Positions 1 through 12,480 of a stretch of DNA of 64,000 bases are shown here, one piece after another. How positions within the stretch are numbered: position 1 is the first letter of the stretch; each line of letters starts with the position of its first letter. Source of the DNA: Dicyema japonicum (taxonomy: Eukaryota > Animalia > Dicyemida); contig RDEW01000001.1 in the NCBI GenBank assembly GCA_011109175.1, positions 2,410,997-2,474,996 on the forward strand. Direction: 5' to 3'. The translations under genes were made by a program, and so were the position numbers. The notes below the pieces were generated by a model. That model did no database searches and was not told the origin of the DNA. It saw only the letters and a program-made list of their open reading frames with translations.

Positions 1-1399
1 ATCCCTGGGACTGGGTGTCACCAGAGACAGACGGAACACATGACTCCACTCTGGGAGAAGAGAAGGTAAGGAACAGAAAAAAAATCGTTGACCAAGTAGT
101 CAGTAGGGATAGAATCAATGGAGAATTGTTATTACATCCCAACCATTCTGTAATGTGATTTGTTTTTTACAACCTGGTTTCACTATTTTGTAATGTGATT
201 TGTCTTTAATGAGTCATAGATCAGATTTCTGGATCAAATCTAATATCGACCCTTGACACGTGACAACGATAACGATTTATTTACGAAAGAGATAGGAGTT
301 TTCTGGAGTAACTGTAGGCTCATTGAGCTAGAAATTATGATGATCACGCAAGGAATACGCTTGTCACCAAACATCCGGGCTATCTTGTATAATATATTGT
401 TGTTCCCTTTTGACGATTCTGAAAGGTGTATGACGAGTTAAGGGTATAACACATTTATAATATTTGAACGTCCATGTGACTACGTGTCCTCACTTACGAG
501 TCAACTCATCATGGACAGGGAAATGTTTAAAGAAAACAAATTGTTATGGAGTGAGATAAAGAGTTTCAATGTCGTTGGGCAAATTGTGAGATCAAATTGA
601 GAAAACTAAGCAGCGACTATAAAAAGGGAATCGACTATTTTTCGCAGAGGGAATTTACTTGGAGGATCGAGTCTGTCCGTGATATCAAAACTAGTCTGTC
701 AACACGTGGGTCGTATTATTACTTTTTTAGATATATCAGTTGCTGAAATACTTAGTTTTGTGAGTGACCCCAAGTTTAGGGAATGTATATGACTGTAATA
801 GGGTTTTTTGTTGTAGTAAAGAGTTTGTGAGGTCACAAATGTCGATAGAATTAGTAGTGTATTGGAGGATCCATAAGACAAGAATATAATTTTGTCTTGA
901 TAATTCGTCTTATTTGTCTCCAATCTTCATTTAATGGGGGGCTGATCATTTGAAATCAGTTCCTGGTCCCACTCTTACATGTTAGTATGGTTGGGGTAAT
1001 TGATAACTGATAAAACATTATTAAACAAAGCAGATGTACTTAATTATAGTCAAGCTCTGGTAATTGAACGTATCCCCCCTTCGATGTGATTCACTGTTAC
1101 GTGAAAAAATTGGATTCTAGTCTCAATATGGAAACTAAAAAAATTACAATTACTCCCCTTTCAACGACTTCTGGGAAATCGGACTTGATGATGGCGGCTA
1201 TTGAGCAGACGCATAGCTTTCACTCCCAAGTATCGGATTGGCTACTCATAATCCTCGCTGAAGACATCTAACAGAGCCCCAAAGGATTAGTAAATTCCGC
1301 ATTTTAAATGGCCTTGCACACAAATCCACTAAACTTATTGTTTTTCTCACCAACCACAAAATGATAATGCCGTCCACCAAGAAACGAAATTATCCAGAA

Positions 1400-1625
1400 A
1401 ATCAACTCTTCCTTACTTCAAAGATATTTTATTGTCTGCCGTGACTTACCTAATTCAAACATGGGAGGCGGTGTAATCACCTTTATACACAAGTCTATTC
1501 CTTTCTGTGATACTTCTGCTAGGACGCACGCTCTGATTGATGGTAACAATCACATTGAACTTATTCCCATCCTCGCCAAAAAAAACCTTACACATTCGTA
1601 AATCTATATCCCTCTACATGATCCC
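1400..1625 (+). mobile_element. Degenerate APE endonuclease fragment of a non-LTR retrotransposon
   Basis: Translates as LPYFKDIFIVCRDLPNSNMGGGVITFIHKSIPF...*IYIP, matching the APE motifs GGGVxxxV and xIYxP; contains a stop codon. Confidence 0.6.
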
Positions 1626-1672
1626 TGTATGAAACAATTTTGAGCAAAAAAGTCTTTGATTTAAAATATTTT

Positions 1673-2515
1673 TTAAAGATTTAAATCTCCTTCTATAGAT
1701 AACTCAAAGATTCTTTGAATTTTTTCTTTAAGGAGGTGAGCTAAATATTCTACACTCTTTTTCTCATTTTCTACGTCAGCACTAAGAAACTTTATGTATT
1801 TGATGCCTTCATCGAGAATCATCTTTTTGGATGTCTTAAAATATTTGCTTATTGAAGGAACGGACTCCTTCAATTCTTTAAACAAAATAGAAAGATTTTT
1901 AGTTCTCATACGGGCAGCACGTTTTTTATCTAAATTAAATTACAAATAGCACTTGCTTCGTAACTATCTTCCTCCACTTCATTCAACATTGTATCACTTT
2001 CAATGGGAATTTCAGGTTCAACATCCATGGGGACTGTTTCCAGTGTTGGATTGTGTAGGGGGGTATTTTCAAAATCAACAATATTCACGTCTACTATATG
2101 CTCGATTATAACCTGTGGTACAACCAAGATGTTCTCGAGTGTCGATTGTCACAGACACTATGAATTTGACTGTGCAAATTACCTGGATCGAAATAGTAGT
2201 GGGATACAGTCGATAACAGCTCATCATCGTCCTCTAAATCTGGATAAATTACAGTTTATAAGTGAAATCAGTACCTGGAAGGGATAAAATGGATGGTCGA
2301 CGAAATGGCACATCGTTTCTATTCTCAATCTCCAAATTTGAAGCATCTATTTCATTAGAAAGACAAAATAGCCTTTAACACAGTTGGGAGGAGATAAAAC
2401 AGGCAAAAAATCATCAATGTTGTCATTTTCTTTAAAATCCTCAATGTCGTTAGTTGGCTCCCTAATGGTTGAGATTATGCTACAACTCCTTAGTATCCCC
2501 CTGATTAAAAGACAT
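1673..2515 (-). CDS. Divergent bHLH-leucine zipper transcription factor, possibly Myc/Max-network-like; multi-exon
   Basis: Removing 22-35 nt introns (2462-2483 GT-AG, 2347-2372 GC-AG, 1930-1952 GT-AG, others) joins MSFNQGDTKELEPTND...DDFLPVLSPP... to an acidic region and C-terminal ANKKRAARMRTKNLSILFKELKESVPSISKYFKTSKKMILDEGIKYIKFL plus an amphipathic zipper. The exon junction near 2130-2190 is uncertain. Confidence 0.7.
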
Positions 2516-2579
2516 TCAATTAATTTTACAAATATACAATTTATATTTATGATTACGTTATGATATTAGCTAAGCTACA

Positions 2580-3930
2580 AGTGCTTCTATATTCTTAGAC
2601 AATGCAGATACAACGAGTGTCGTTCCGAGTTCGAATCTGGCTAAAATTTTTGACACCGATATCCATCCGAAATACCAGATGTGGATGGCCAATTTCATTA
2701 ATGGTAGAAGAGGCCAAGTTGTCATGAATAATAGAAAATCAAGACAACGATGCCTCCCCAACTGGTCCCTCAAGGATCCCCTTTATCTCCAACCTTGTTC
2801 AACTTATTTACAAGAGACCTTCCAAATCCAAACATCCAAAATACCATCCTTCTGTCTTATTGTAGCAACAAGACACCAAGACCATAAGAAGCTGCACGAA
2901 GGGTTCAGAAGACCATCGACATTATGAACGCATGGTTACTCAAAAACCACATGAAAATATCCCCTGGGAAGTCGAGCACTGCGATTATCTCCTCCTACAG
3001 GAAACATGCATCTTCGATCCTAAATTAACTTGGAATGGAGAGCTCATCCCAGTTAATAAGAACCCATCAATCTTGGAGTTACATATGACTCGTTGATGAC
3101 GTTCACACATTATGTGGACACAATAATTCCAAGAGTTCAAAAAAAGATGGGGATCCTCAAGACCTCTGCTAGATCTCCAATATCTTCACTTTCTTATCTC
3201 GAATTATTATACAAACAGTATATTCTACGACAATGGAACATCCATGTACGGCGTGGATGTAAATATCCACGCAGAATAAATTAGAGGTCATACAAAACCA
3301 ATGCTTCCGGATCCTTCTGAAATGTAACAGAATGATGCCTACGTCAGAAATGAGGAACACATTAGATCTCAAAAAAGTTATGGAACATCTCGGTGACGAA
3401 CAACAAAAATTCTTGAAAATGGTGCGATCTTCTGGTAACCCACTTCAAGATGAGTTTCTTGCCTACCAGAAGTATGCTCGCAAATTTGAGATCAAACCTT
3501 CCCCCTTTTAGACGATCATAAAAAATTGCAGACAGTCGAAACAAAGAAGGACGCACTGACACCGGGATCACTTAATTAGACGATAACTTTTTATTCTTTC
3601 CTGTGTTCTCGGTGTTATAATAATAATCTCGCTACTGTACATTCCGGCTGAAGGTTCCACGCATTTACGATGCTTTGACTTNNNNCTTCAAGATGAGTTT
3701 CTTGCCTACCAGAAGTATTCTCGCAAATTTGAGATCAAACCTTCCCCCTTTTGGACGATCATAAAAAATTGCAGACAGTCGAAACAAAAAAGGACGCACT
3801 GACACCGGGATCACTTAATTAGACGATAACTTTTTCCTTTTCCCTGTGTTCTCGGTGTTATAATAATAATCTCGCTACTGTACATTCCGGCTGAAGGTTC
3901 CACGCATTTACGATGCTTTGACTTGACGAG
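2580..3930 (+). mobile_element. Decayed non-LTR retrotransposon: RT, C-terminus and 3' end with (TAA)n tail
   Basis: Frameshifted G-PQGSPLSPTLFNL and ILGVTYD motifs; 3' end TTCTCGGTGTTATAATAATAAT at about 3605-3630. The 3' part is repeated across an nnnn break. Confidence 0.8.
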
Positions 3931-4179
3931 TGACGCCGTCATCAGTGAACATTTCATTGCCGAACTGGATCGTCTACAAAAAACTTAAAACCCAAAAAAA
4001 AGAAATGAAAAGCATTCTTTGGTTCTCCCTCATTGATTAGTTATCATGACTGTTCTTTGCTTAAAATAACGTGAGTCCTGTCAGGGAGGAGCTATAGCTT
4101 ATATGGCTTTGTGTAAAGTGCATACTCAATTTGTGTGATCTGCTTCTTCGCAGTCAATTTTTAGGGAAGGTAGACGTGG

Positions 4180-4810
4180 CATGGGCTCAGAAAAAAGCCA
4201 GATATTGTTGAACATCTTCCTGTTAGATTTCCCGATCCCATCGGATCCGGATTCAACCTACTTAAATACGCGGATATAATAATGGACATGTCTGGCAAAT
4301 CAACCCTATCAGAGAGGAAGCTCAAGGAATACATTAGCTATGCTCAAGACTGCTGCGATCGGAGAGGAATAATGCTCTCCACGGAAAAGTCAACTCTTTG
4401 AGAATTAGTCGTATCAAACGGCATTATGGTCAGCCATTATCACTTGGAGTGCCGAGAATGCGTTTACTCCGCTATCTGGTTGTTAGGGTTGATCATGGAG
4501 GTTCATTGCTGGAAGATGTTAAACTAATAAGAAAAAGTCGCTACAGGTACTCCTTTGTAACCGAAAAATATGTGTCGACACAGAAACGTTCTTATTCAAA
4601 CGTGGACTCAGAAAATTGTATGATCCTTATATAAAGGNNNNNNNNNNNNNNNNNGGTTGATCATGGAGGTGCATTGCTGGAAGATGTTAAACTAATAAGA
4701 AAAAGTCGCTACAGGTACTCCTTTGTAACCGAAAAATATGTGTCGACACAGAAACGTTCTTATTCAAACGTGGACTCAGAAAATTGTATGATCCTTATAT
4801 AAAGGGGGGT
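4180..4810 (+). mobile_element. Highly decayed LINE RT fragment
   Basis: LLNIFLLDFPIP...LKYADII resembles LFNLFIADFPTP...TYAND of the 6.6-7.1 kb element; partly duplicated across Ns. Confidence 0.5.
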
Positions 4811-5063
4811 TAGAGACCACGGGTTAAAAGAGGTCGAAATTTTGATTTTTTATATCAACGTTATGTGATTGGGGTTAATTCAAAGGAAATTGTTTAACGT
4901 TGAAGATTGTAAGGTTCACGTTGAAGAATAATATCAGCACCAAAGCTGAAGTGAAGAGATAAAATCCTACTTCATGTTCTACAGATATGTCGAGGATATG
5001 TTCTTGGGTGTTGTTCTTCATGGAACCTCGTGAGCATTTATGAGAATTCTGTTATGTTGACGT

Positions 5064-5222
5064 ATACTAAATAAGAGTAATTCCGTTGATATAATTTTCC
5101 TTTAATTTTTCATAGCATTCAATAGGTTTTTCACGTTTAAACGGATGCTTTGCAAACTCAATAGCCTTGATGGCTTTATACAGTTTACCCTCTCTTGCTC
5201 GCCTAATTCTTTTACTTGCCAT
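5064..5222 (-). CDS. Possible small basic orphan gene (first exon MASKRIRRAREGKLYKAIKAIEFAKHPFKREKPIECYEKLKENY...)
   Basis: AAAAC-ATG lies directly after an AT-rich tract like the confirmed genes; 52 open codons; no family recognised and downstream exons unresolved. Confidence 0.3.
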
Positions 5223-5859
5223 GTTTTATTATTATTTATTATTAAAAAATTAAAATTTATTATTTAAAAAAAATAATTTTTCAAATATTTATGCGTGTCC
5301 TTTTCGTAACATGAGGAAGTGTTCTGGGGACGATGAAAGATCACAGACGTCGAATGGCACAATTGATTGCGGGGACTGGGAGCACCTAACTGTTTGACTT
5401 TTTTGTCTTTCTTTCTCGGTGTTCCCGGGGTTATTAAAATTAAAAGAGGAGGTGTTCTAGATTATCTTATGATCGTGTATCATAAATTTTTTCAACGCGT
5501 TTCAAAAAATCAATTTCGAGACGTGCAATAAACGATCTTAAATTGAATAAAGAGAAGATTATTGAAATTAATCCAATTTATGGGACAAGTTCTCGTTTTT
5601 CGAAACTCAGATATTCATCAGTTGATGCTAAAATCATTACTTGGATGGATTACATGGAATTAATTGGAGTTTGCCTCAATGATGAGATAATTTTATCGAA
5701 AGCAATGAAAATGGTGATATTTCGGTCTAAACAATTTAGACATAACAAATAGTTAAGATTGGAAAAGAAAGAAAAATGTATTACACAGAGAAGCGATAAA
5801 AAGTGTTTTGGAACTCAAAGAATATTTTTCGCATAATGAAAATTTTTATTTTAATATAC

Positions 5860-6160
5860 TTCGCAGGATCAATGACCTGCTACTATGATTTTTGACATTT
5901 TCACTGCGACTGGTTCGAAAATGAACTGTCCACCAAGACATGCGTATTTCTTTAACTTTAAGTTCTCAGCCTTCTCCGAAACAGAGCCTGGGTTAGTTGC
6001 TGTCGTTCCAAGGTTGGAGAGCAAGGTATTTACCACTTCGACACAGGTGGCGTCCCAAGCAAGGTAGTTACCACTTTCCCATGGGAAGAATGTGGTTCCG
6101 TCTGGTCTTCAGTTGGCTTGAGCAAGTCCAAGCGGCTCTAATTGGAAAGGAAATCTAATT
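5860..6160 (-). mobile_element. CRE-like (RLE-type) non-LTR retrotransposon C-terminal fragment
   Basis: RPDG...WDAT...AENLKLKKYACLGGQFIFEPVAV, homologous to the copies at 17.7, 30.1 and 56.4 kb. Confidence 0.75.
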
Positions 6161-6339
6161 TAGGTGTAGTTGCTTTCGATAGAATTCATCTCCCAGTGAT
6201 GTCTTCGGAAACCCAAAGTGAGAGCTGAGCTTCTTAAATTTTACATCTTTTGTTTTTATGAGACTCCATCCATTTGATCTTGACAATCTCGATTTTTGAG
6301 GTGTTCATGGATAGAACCACTTGCTTTATGATTTTAATA

Positions 6340-7760
6340 ATAATTACACCACCAGAGACCACGGTTACACAAACTAACTAATCACGTGATCCCAGCACGT
6401 TCTAGCAAGGACCTCATCTTGGCCCGATGCTCCTCCCTCGTCCCCACACAAGCACGTATCGGTCGTGTGACTAAACCTTCGCAGTCACGATGGCGCGTTC
6501 CGTGGTTCATTCTTATCAAGGCTTCAAGAGGCATTGGTGGCTAGAGTTCCCCAGAGATCCAGCGTTCCGTGATTTAAGAGGCTCTTCTTTGGCTAGCCTT
6601 GATCTTCATAACATTCGTCCAAGAGATGAGTGGACCCCATGCATAAGAGATACATGGGTTAATGAATTGTTTATTTACAGTGCTCAAAACAGAATGCTTT
6701 CCGATCTTCCATAAGCCTGTGAGGCAATTCAGAACATTAGTTTTCTTTTCGCATTTCGTAAATATTTTTTCAACATGGAGAGAGAATGACATATGCATGT
6801 CAAAAGCTATCCCAAGGATCCTTTGGTATTTTCTGAAAACAATAGCTTCATTGTTTGCCTTCAGTTCGACCGTCTGTCTTCCTAGTCTCTTGTCTGAAGT
6901 AAATAGGGTTGTGACGGACTTTTCAGTGCTAGTAGTTAGGCGTTTCTTAGATAGCCATTTGTCAAGGCGGTCCAGATTTTCTTGCAATTTCGAAGTGGCA
7001 ATCAGGATGTCCTGATCTCGTGACGCAATGACGATGTCGTTGGCATAAGTTAGAATAATGTCATTTTCGGAGTCTGGAGTAGGGAAGTCCGCTATGAATA
7101 GGTTGAATAAAACTGGAGACAAAGGGGATCCTAGGGGAACCTCATTAGGGAGAAGCCGTGATATAGACCTTGACTGGCCAATGCAGATGCGTCCTTTCCG
7201 ACCACTAAGGAAGTTAGCTAGTCAGAGTTTGAGCTTTCCAGGGATCTTTGTTTTGTAAATTTTCCAAGTTGGCCAATGCAGATGCGTCCTTTCCGACCAC
7301 TAAGGAAGTTAGCTAGTCAGAGTTTGAGCTTTCCAGGGATCTTTGTTTTGTAAATTTTCCAAGTAAATATCCTCTGAAGGCTTTGAACAAAGGCCACCAC
7401 TCCGCTTCCTCTTTCGTTCAGTTCGTATTAAATTGTATCCAGGGAACATCGGAGTAGGACTGTATATAAGTAGTTTCGTCTCTTGAATCAAACCCAGGTA
7501 GATCTTCAGCTCCGCCAGGAGAAAGCGCAGTTCCAATATTTTCCCCCTTACTCAATTGACATTTAGTTGAAGAACCGTGGCCCGTTTCTTCCCGTGGGCT
7601 AGGGGTTCCTTCCGAGTATATGAAAATAAGAGTGCGTGCCGCCGGGGATGCAGTTTCCTAGGAGGTAAATGTTCAATGGTTCTCTTTGGAAGAACATTAG
7701 GTGCCCTCTGGGCGTTAACAATACTTACAGAATTGGTGGACAACATAACGCCACGCTAAA
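6340..7760 (-). mobile_element. Internally deleted APE-RT LINE with 3' end
   Basis: TVLQLNVN, LIQETKL and GYNLIRTERKRKRSGGL (APE); VPLGSPLSPVLFNLFIADFP, YAND and ILGIAFD (RT). The 3' end is shared with 16660-16830. Confidence 0.85.
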
Positions 7761-7844
7761 TTATTAATTATTGAATTAAATATTAATTAAATAATTAATA
7801 TAAAAAATTTACAAAATATTTAACAATAGATTGAATTAATTAAA

Positions 7845-8999
7845 ATGATCGGCCTAATTTTCGTTGTTTTCACTTTATTGTTCAATTCTTGTATTTCATC
7901 TGAAATTCATTTCAAATACGAATCAATCAATCAATCCTTTGATTATTATGAAATCAAATGGAATAATTTTCTAGAAAAATACAGTTAAATTAATTTTCAC
8001 TCTAGACAAATCATATTCTGGTTTAGAACTCCATGTTAGAAAGGCTATTTTTACTGAAAATTTAAAATTTATTGACAACCACAATTTACTTGCAGAGCAA
8101 AGAAAAGTATTATATGAATTAGGAATTAATCAGTTTGCTGACATGGTCATCTCATAAAATATTTTTGTAGACAATAAGAGAAATATTCAAACCCAGCAAA
8201 TTCAATTTATATAATAATTATAATTCTAATGGTACAGCGGAAGATGAATTACTTGGAGATTACACTATCCATAGAAAGAAATATCCTTCATCTTTTAATT
8301 GGGTAAATCGAAACTGTGTAACTGATATAAAATCCCAAGGAGCTATATGTGGGTCATGCTATGCGTTTGCCGCAGTTAATAATTGATTAATATATTTAGT
8401 TGGCCACGTTGGAGTCGCATTTGGCAATCAAAAACAATAAACTAGTATCAATGAGCGAACAAAATATCGTTGATTGTGTTATTTACGGATGCAAGGGTGG
8501 ACATGAATTTCATGTGTATAAATACATACAAAAAAACGGAGGAATTAATTCTGAACAACGGTATCCATATATTGCCACAGTAAATCGACGGATAATTATA
8601 TAGGATGGTAAATGCAAATATGGAGGTCAACCAGATATTAAATTTAAATTGACTGGATATAGATTTCTTAGAAGAAGTGATGAAAGAATGCTTTTGCGTA
8701 CTCTTGTGGATGTTGGTCCTGTTGTTGTTAATGTGCTTGTTTTTTTTAGCTTTGAATTTTATTTTGGAGGTAAATATGAATGAAACATTTTAGGAATATT
8801 CCATCCCAAAAAATGTTCACTCCAAGTTTTATCTCATTCAATTTCAGTAGTCGGTTTTGGAGTCTCAAAAGGAGGAAAGTATTGGCTCATAAAAAATTCA
8901 TATGGTACAATTTGAGGGATAAATGGTTACATGAAATTGGCACGTGGGAAGGATAACTGTGGATTTCCTCTGGATGCCGTATATCCTATAATCGAATAA
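7845..8999 (+). CDS. Cathepsin L-like C1A cysteine protease, copy 1, with in-frame TGA at 8913-8915 (possible pseudogene)
   Basis: Signal peptide, ERFNIN-like prodomain, QGAICGSCYAF (catalytic Cys), LSHSISVVGFG (His), WLIKNSYG (Asn); five 22-25 nt GT-AG introns; TGA at the conserved Trp of NSxGxxWG. Confidence 0.9.
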
Positions 9000-9679
9000 T
9001 TTTATCGTTAAGATTACTTTCGGTTTTATGGGGTGAAATTAATGTGTGGTTCTAGTAAATGTGACTTGCGGCACACATTAAAAAATAAAAAATTGGTAAT
9101 TTAATGGCAAATTTTTATTAATTTTCAAAACAGACAAATCGTATATATGGCAATTTTTGAAATTTATGTAGATTCATCCAGTTGTTAAGAAAAACGAGTT
9201 TCCTTTGTAGAAAATTATCCGACAACAGTGTTATCTCACAAAAAGGTATCTTCATTATTTTTTGTTCATATTTTTGACCATCATAGTCCGATTAATGATA
9301 CGACAAGCAGTGATTATCAAGTTTTCGCCACTGGTATGAGGTTTCAATTCTTTTGCGACTAAATCAGATGTGAACATTTCAATAATTCCGTTGAGCTCAC
9401 AGAAGTATCACTAAACAACATTTCCTAGATCTACAATACATAATAAAAACTACATAATACTTGTGTTGTTTTTTCAAATGCATAAAATAATCAACAGATT
9501 TTTTTAAAATTTGCTTGGAATTACAATGTCTAATTAGTTTGCTACGAACCATAGCATTATATTTCAAAACTTAGATGAAAATTAGGTATTGAGGTAGTTT
9601 TTTTTATCATCCCATGCAAATAAGAATCTTTGTATGAACGTCGAACTGATTTATCCATTCTAAAAAAATGTGAATACAT

Positions 9680-10660
9680 TTATTCAAACGCAATGACGAT
9701 GTCGTCGGCATAAGTTAGAGTAATATCATTTTTGGAGTCGAGTGGGTAGGTCCGTCATGAATAGGTTTATTAAAACTGAAGACAAAGGGGATCCTTGGGG
9801 AACCCCACTAGGGAGAAGGCGTGAAATAGACCTTAACTGGCCAATGCAGATGCGTCCCCTCCGACAATAAGGAAATTAGCTAGCAAGAGTTTGAGCTTTC
9901 TAGGGATCTTTGTTTGGTGAATTTTCCAATTAAGAATCCGCCTTGACACAGATTCGAAAGCATTGTGGACGTCTATGAAGCAAAGTACAGTCTTCATGTG
10001 TCCCGGCCTGTGCGAGAAACTACATCGTGTTAAGTTAGTCAATGCAGATAAGTGTAGGGATCTTTGTTTGGTGAATTTTTCAATTAAGAATCCGCCTTGA
10101 CACAGATTCGAAAGCATTGTGGACGTCTATGAAGCAAAGTACAGTCTTCATGTGTCGCGGCTTGTGCGAGAAACCATATCGTATAAAGTTAGTCAATGCA
10201 GATAAGTGGGTCAAAGTAGACGACTCCGTTTTAAAATCATGTGAAATGACAAATCGGGGAAGAAATTTTTGATTTTTGCAAGAATCAGCCTTTTCAGAAT
10301 TTTCAACACCGAACACAATAACGCGACCGGTCTGTATGAAGCTGGGTCCTTTTTCACTTTACCGGGTTTTAAAATTAGACGTAGGTGGGCAAGGTCCATA
10401 AGACTGGAATACATTTTTTTGTTAATGGAGTGGTTGAATATCCTCGTTAATGCAGCGATTCCATAATCTCCCAGATTCTTTAGGAGGATCATTGGGATCT
10501 TATCCGGTCCGTTAGAATAGGTTGTTTTAATGGCTTTCAATGCATATCTCACGTAGTTTTCAGTAAAGTGAATCGTTTCCAGTTCCTTTTTCGGTTTACT
10601 GAGATATTTCGGGGGTACATCTGACTTCTTATGGTCTTTATGGGATATTTTCACATAGTA
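9680..10660 (-). mobile_element. Decayed LINE RT fragment, related to the 6340-7760 element
   Basis: NGPDKIP, PASYRPVALL, FIDVHNAFESV, GFPQGSPLS and YADD motifs; 9690-9900 closely resembles 7030-7260. Confidence 0.85.
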
Positions 10661-10724
10661 TTTTATTAGGTTGTTTAAGTCCTTTTGGCTGTGGTCCTAT
10701 TTTTCATCACCTCTCGAGGCGTCA

Positions 10725-12290
10725 ATTATTATTATTATAGGCACGTACGCGATGCCAAGATCATGACAAAGCATGTGCAACACGAAAAGTTAACAATCTA
10801 ATTAACGTCGCCCATCTTTTTCGATCCGTTGCCATGTTCCGTAGCATATCTAGATCGTCCCCATCTTTAAGGCACTTTCCAATCCTCTTGAGATCTTCAT
10901 CTAGAATAACCGGCAGTGTTGTCCTCGGCCGGCCGCGGAAACGAGAAGCTTCTAAGACAAAATACTCCTCCATTGCTATGTTGGCAGGGGTCCCCATATC
11001 GTGGCGGAGTATGTGTCCAAAGAGCCTCCATCTTGAATCAGTAATATCACATGATATTGGCTCAGTTCCTGTTCTCTTGTATAAGATTTCGGACGGCATT
11101 TTGAAAAAGCTTCGGGAAGAAAGGAGTGCTCGGAGATGATTTCTGTGAAAAGAATTCAACTTTTCGAGTTCCTGCCCTGTACATGCCCATGTACCGGCAT
11201 TATATAATAGGATTGGCCTCACTAGGGCATTGTATAGTCTCATTCGAGTTTTAGGGTCAAGCCCTTTGTGCAGAAGCCAGGTCTTCTTCATTTTGTTGAA
11301 AGCGACATTAGTTAGTGTCTTCCTTCGTGTTATATCTTCGGTGTCACCGAGAAGGGATCCTAGTTTTTTTGATCTACGCCAGTGCTCGTCGGTCCTTTCC
11401 TCACTTCTTTTTAGCTCCGTGATTTCGGTTTTGTTTGTGTTTACTTTTAATGACCACTCAGCCATTTTATCAGGCATTTTCTCCAAAAGTGCAATTAACT
11501 CTTCTTTGTTATTCGAAATAAAGTCCACGTCGTCCGCATATGCTATTATGCTCGTTCCTTCTCTGATATGAGGCTTCAAGTCTCGTAGAGCTGCCTCCAG
11601 ATAAATAATGAACAAAATCGGGGATAATGGATCTCCTTGAGGGGTACCAATTGTCGTTTCAAATGTCCTCGATAAAGCTTCCCCAGTACTGACCATCTAT
11701 CTCGTGTCCGTCAAGAGTGTCCTGACCATCCTAATCGTTGAGCCCTTCAAGAAGTGCTCCAGAATTTGCAGCAGTTTGTTCCTGTTGACGGAATCAAAGG
11801 CCTTTGACATATCAATCCCCAGAATGGTTGTCGTTATTTTAAATTTTTGAACAGTGGCACTTCTCTATTTGTGGCTCCATATAACATCTGACGTTGATCT
11901 CCCTTTGCGGAAGCCACTTTGATAAGCCGACAGGTACGAGTCTAGGCGTCCCTCCATTCTTTGAAGCGTAATATTGGCTAGTATCTTCCGTAATGTGTTG
12001 GTTAAGACCACTGGTCTTAGGTTCTCAACTTTCCCCGAATTTTTGTTTGGCTTCTGTACTGGTATCAATAGTCCTTCTCTAACTAGCAAAGTGGCTCCTT
12101 TACTATACATTTCGTTTAGAATCCAGGCAATTATCATATATAGCTTTTGAGTTCCATATTTGAAAAATTCACCATTTAAGCAATCTGGGCCGGAACTCTT
12201 ATAGTCCTTCAGTTTGTAACTTGCTGTCATCACTTCTTCCACAATTATTTCTTCGTCTAATTTTCCCTGATCCGTGTTAATGGTGAGTTT
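10725..12290 (-). mobile_element. 5'-truncated RTE-clade retrotransposon with nearly intact RT
   Basis: SSGPDCLNGE, QSGFRKGRST, IDMSKAFDSV, GTPQGDPLSP, YADD and RTE-type C-terminus RLFGHILR...GRPRTT; one frameshift and one TAG; (TAA)3 tail. Confidence 0.92.
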
Positions 12291-12480
12291 TTTGCTATTT
12301 TTGATACAAATTGTGCTTCAAAGCGTCAAAGTAAGCATTATTAATTATAATAAAAATAATTTAAATTAAAACTAAAATTTTAAAAAAAGGTATGCATTAT
12401 TAATTATAATAAAAATAGTTTTAGTGATGTAAATTAATTTTTAAATTTTTAAATTTACAATAAAATATTTTATTGTGAAC

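Noticed and set aside
8913-8915. TGA = Trp recoding of the nuclear code
   Set aside because: The other conserved Trp positions read in host genes use TGG, and TGA terminates RRP7A, PGAM5 and actinin; a single TGG to TGA change explains it.
10834-11571. Plus-strand ORFs over the RTE (similar antisense ORFs over actinin, CLP1 and ODAD2)
   Set aside because: Shadow frames opposite real coding sequence.
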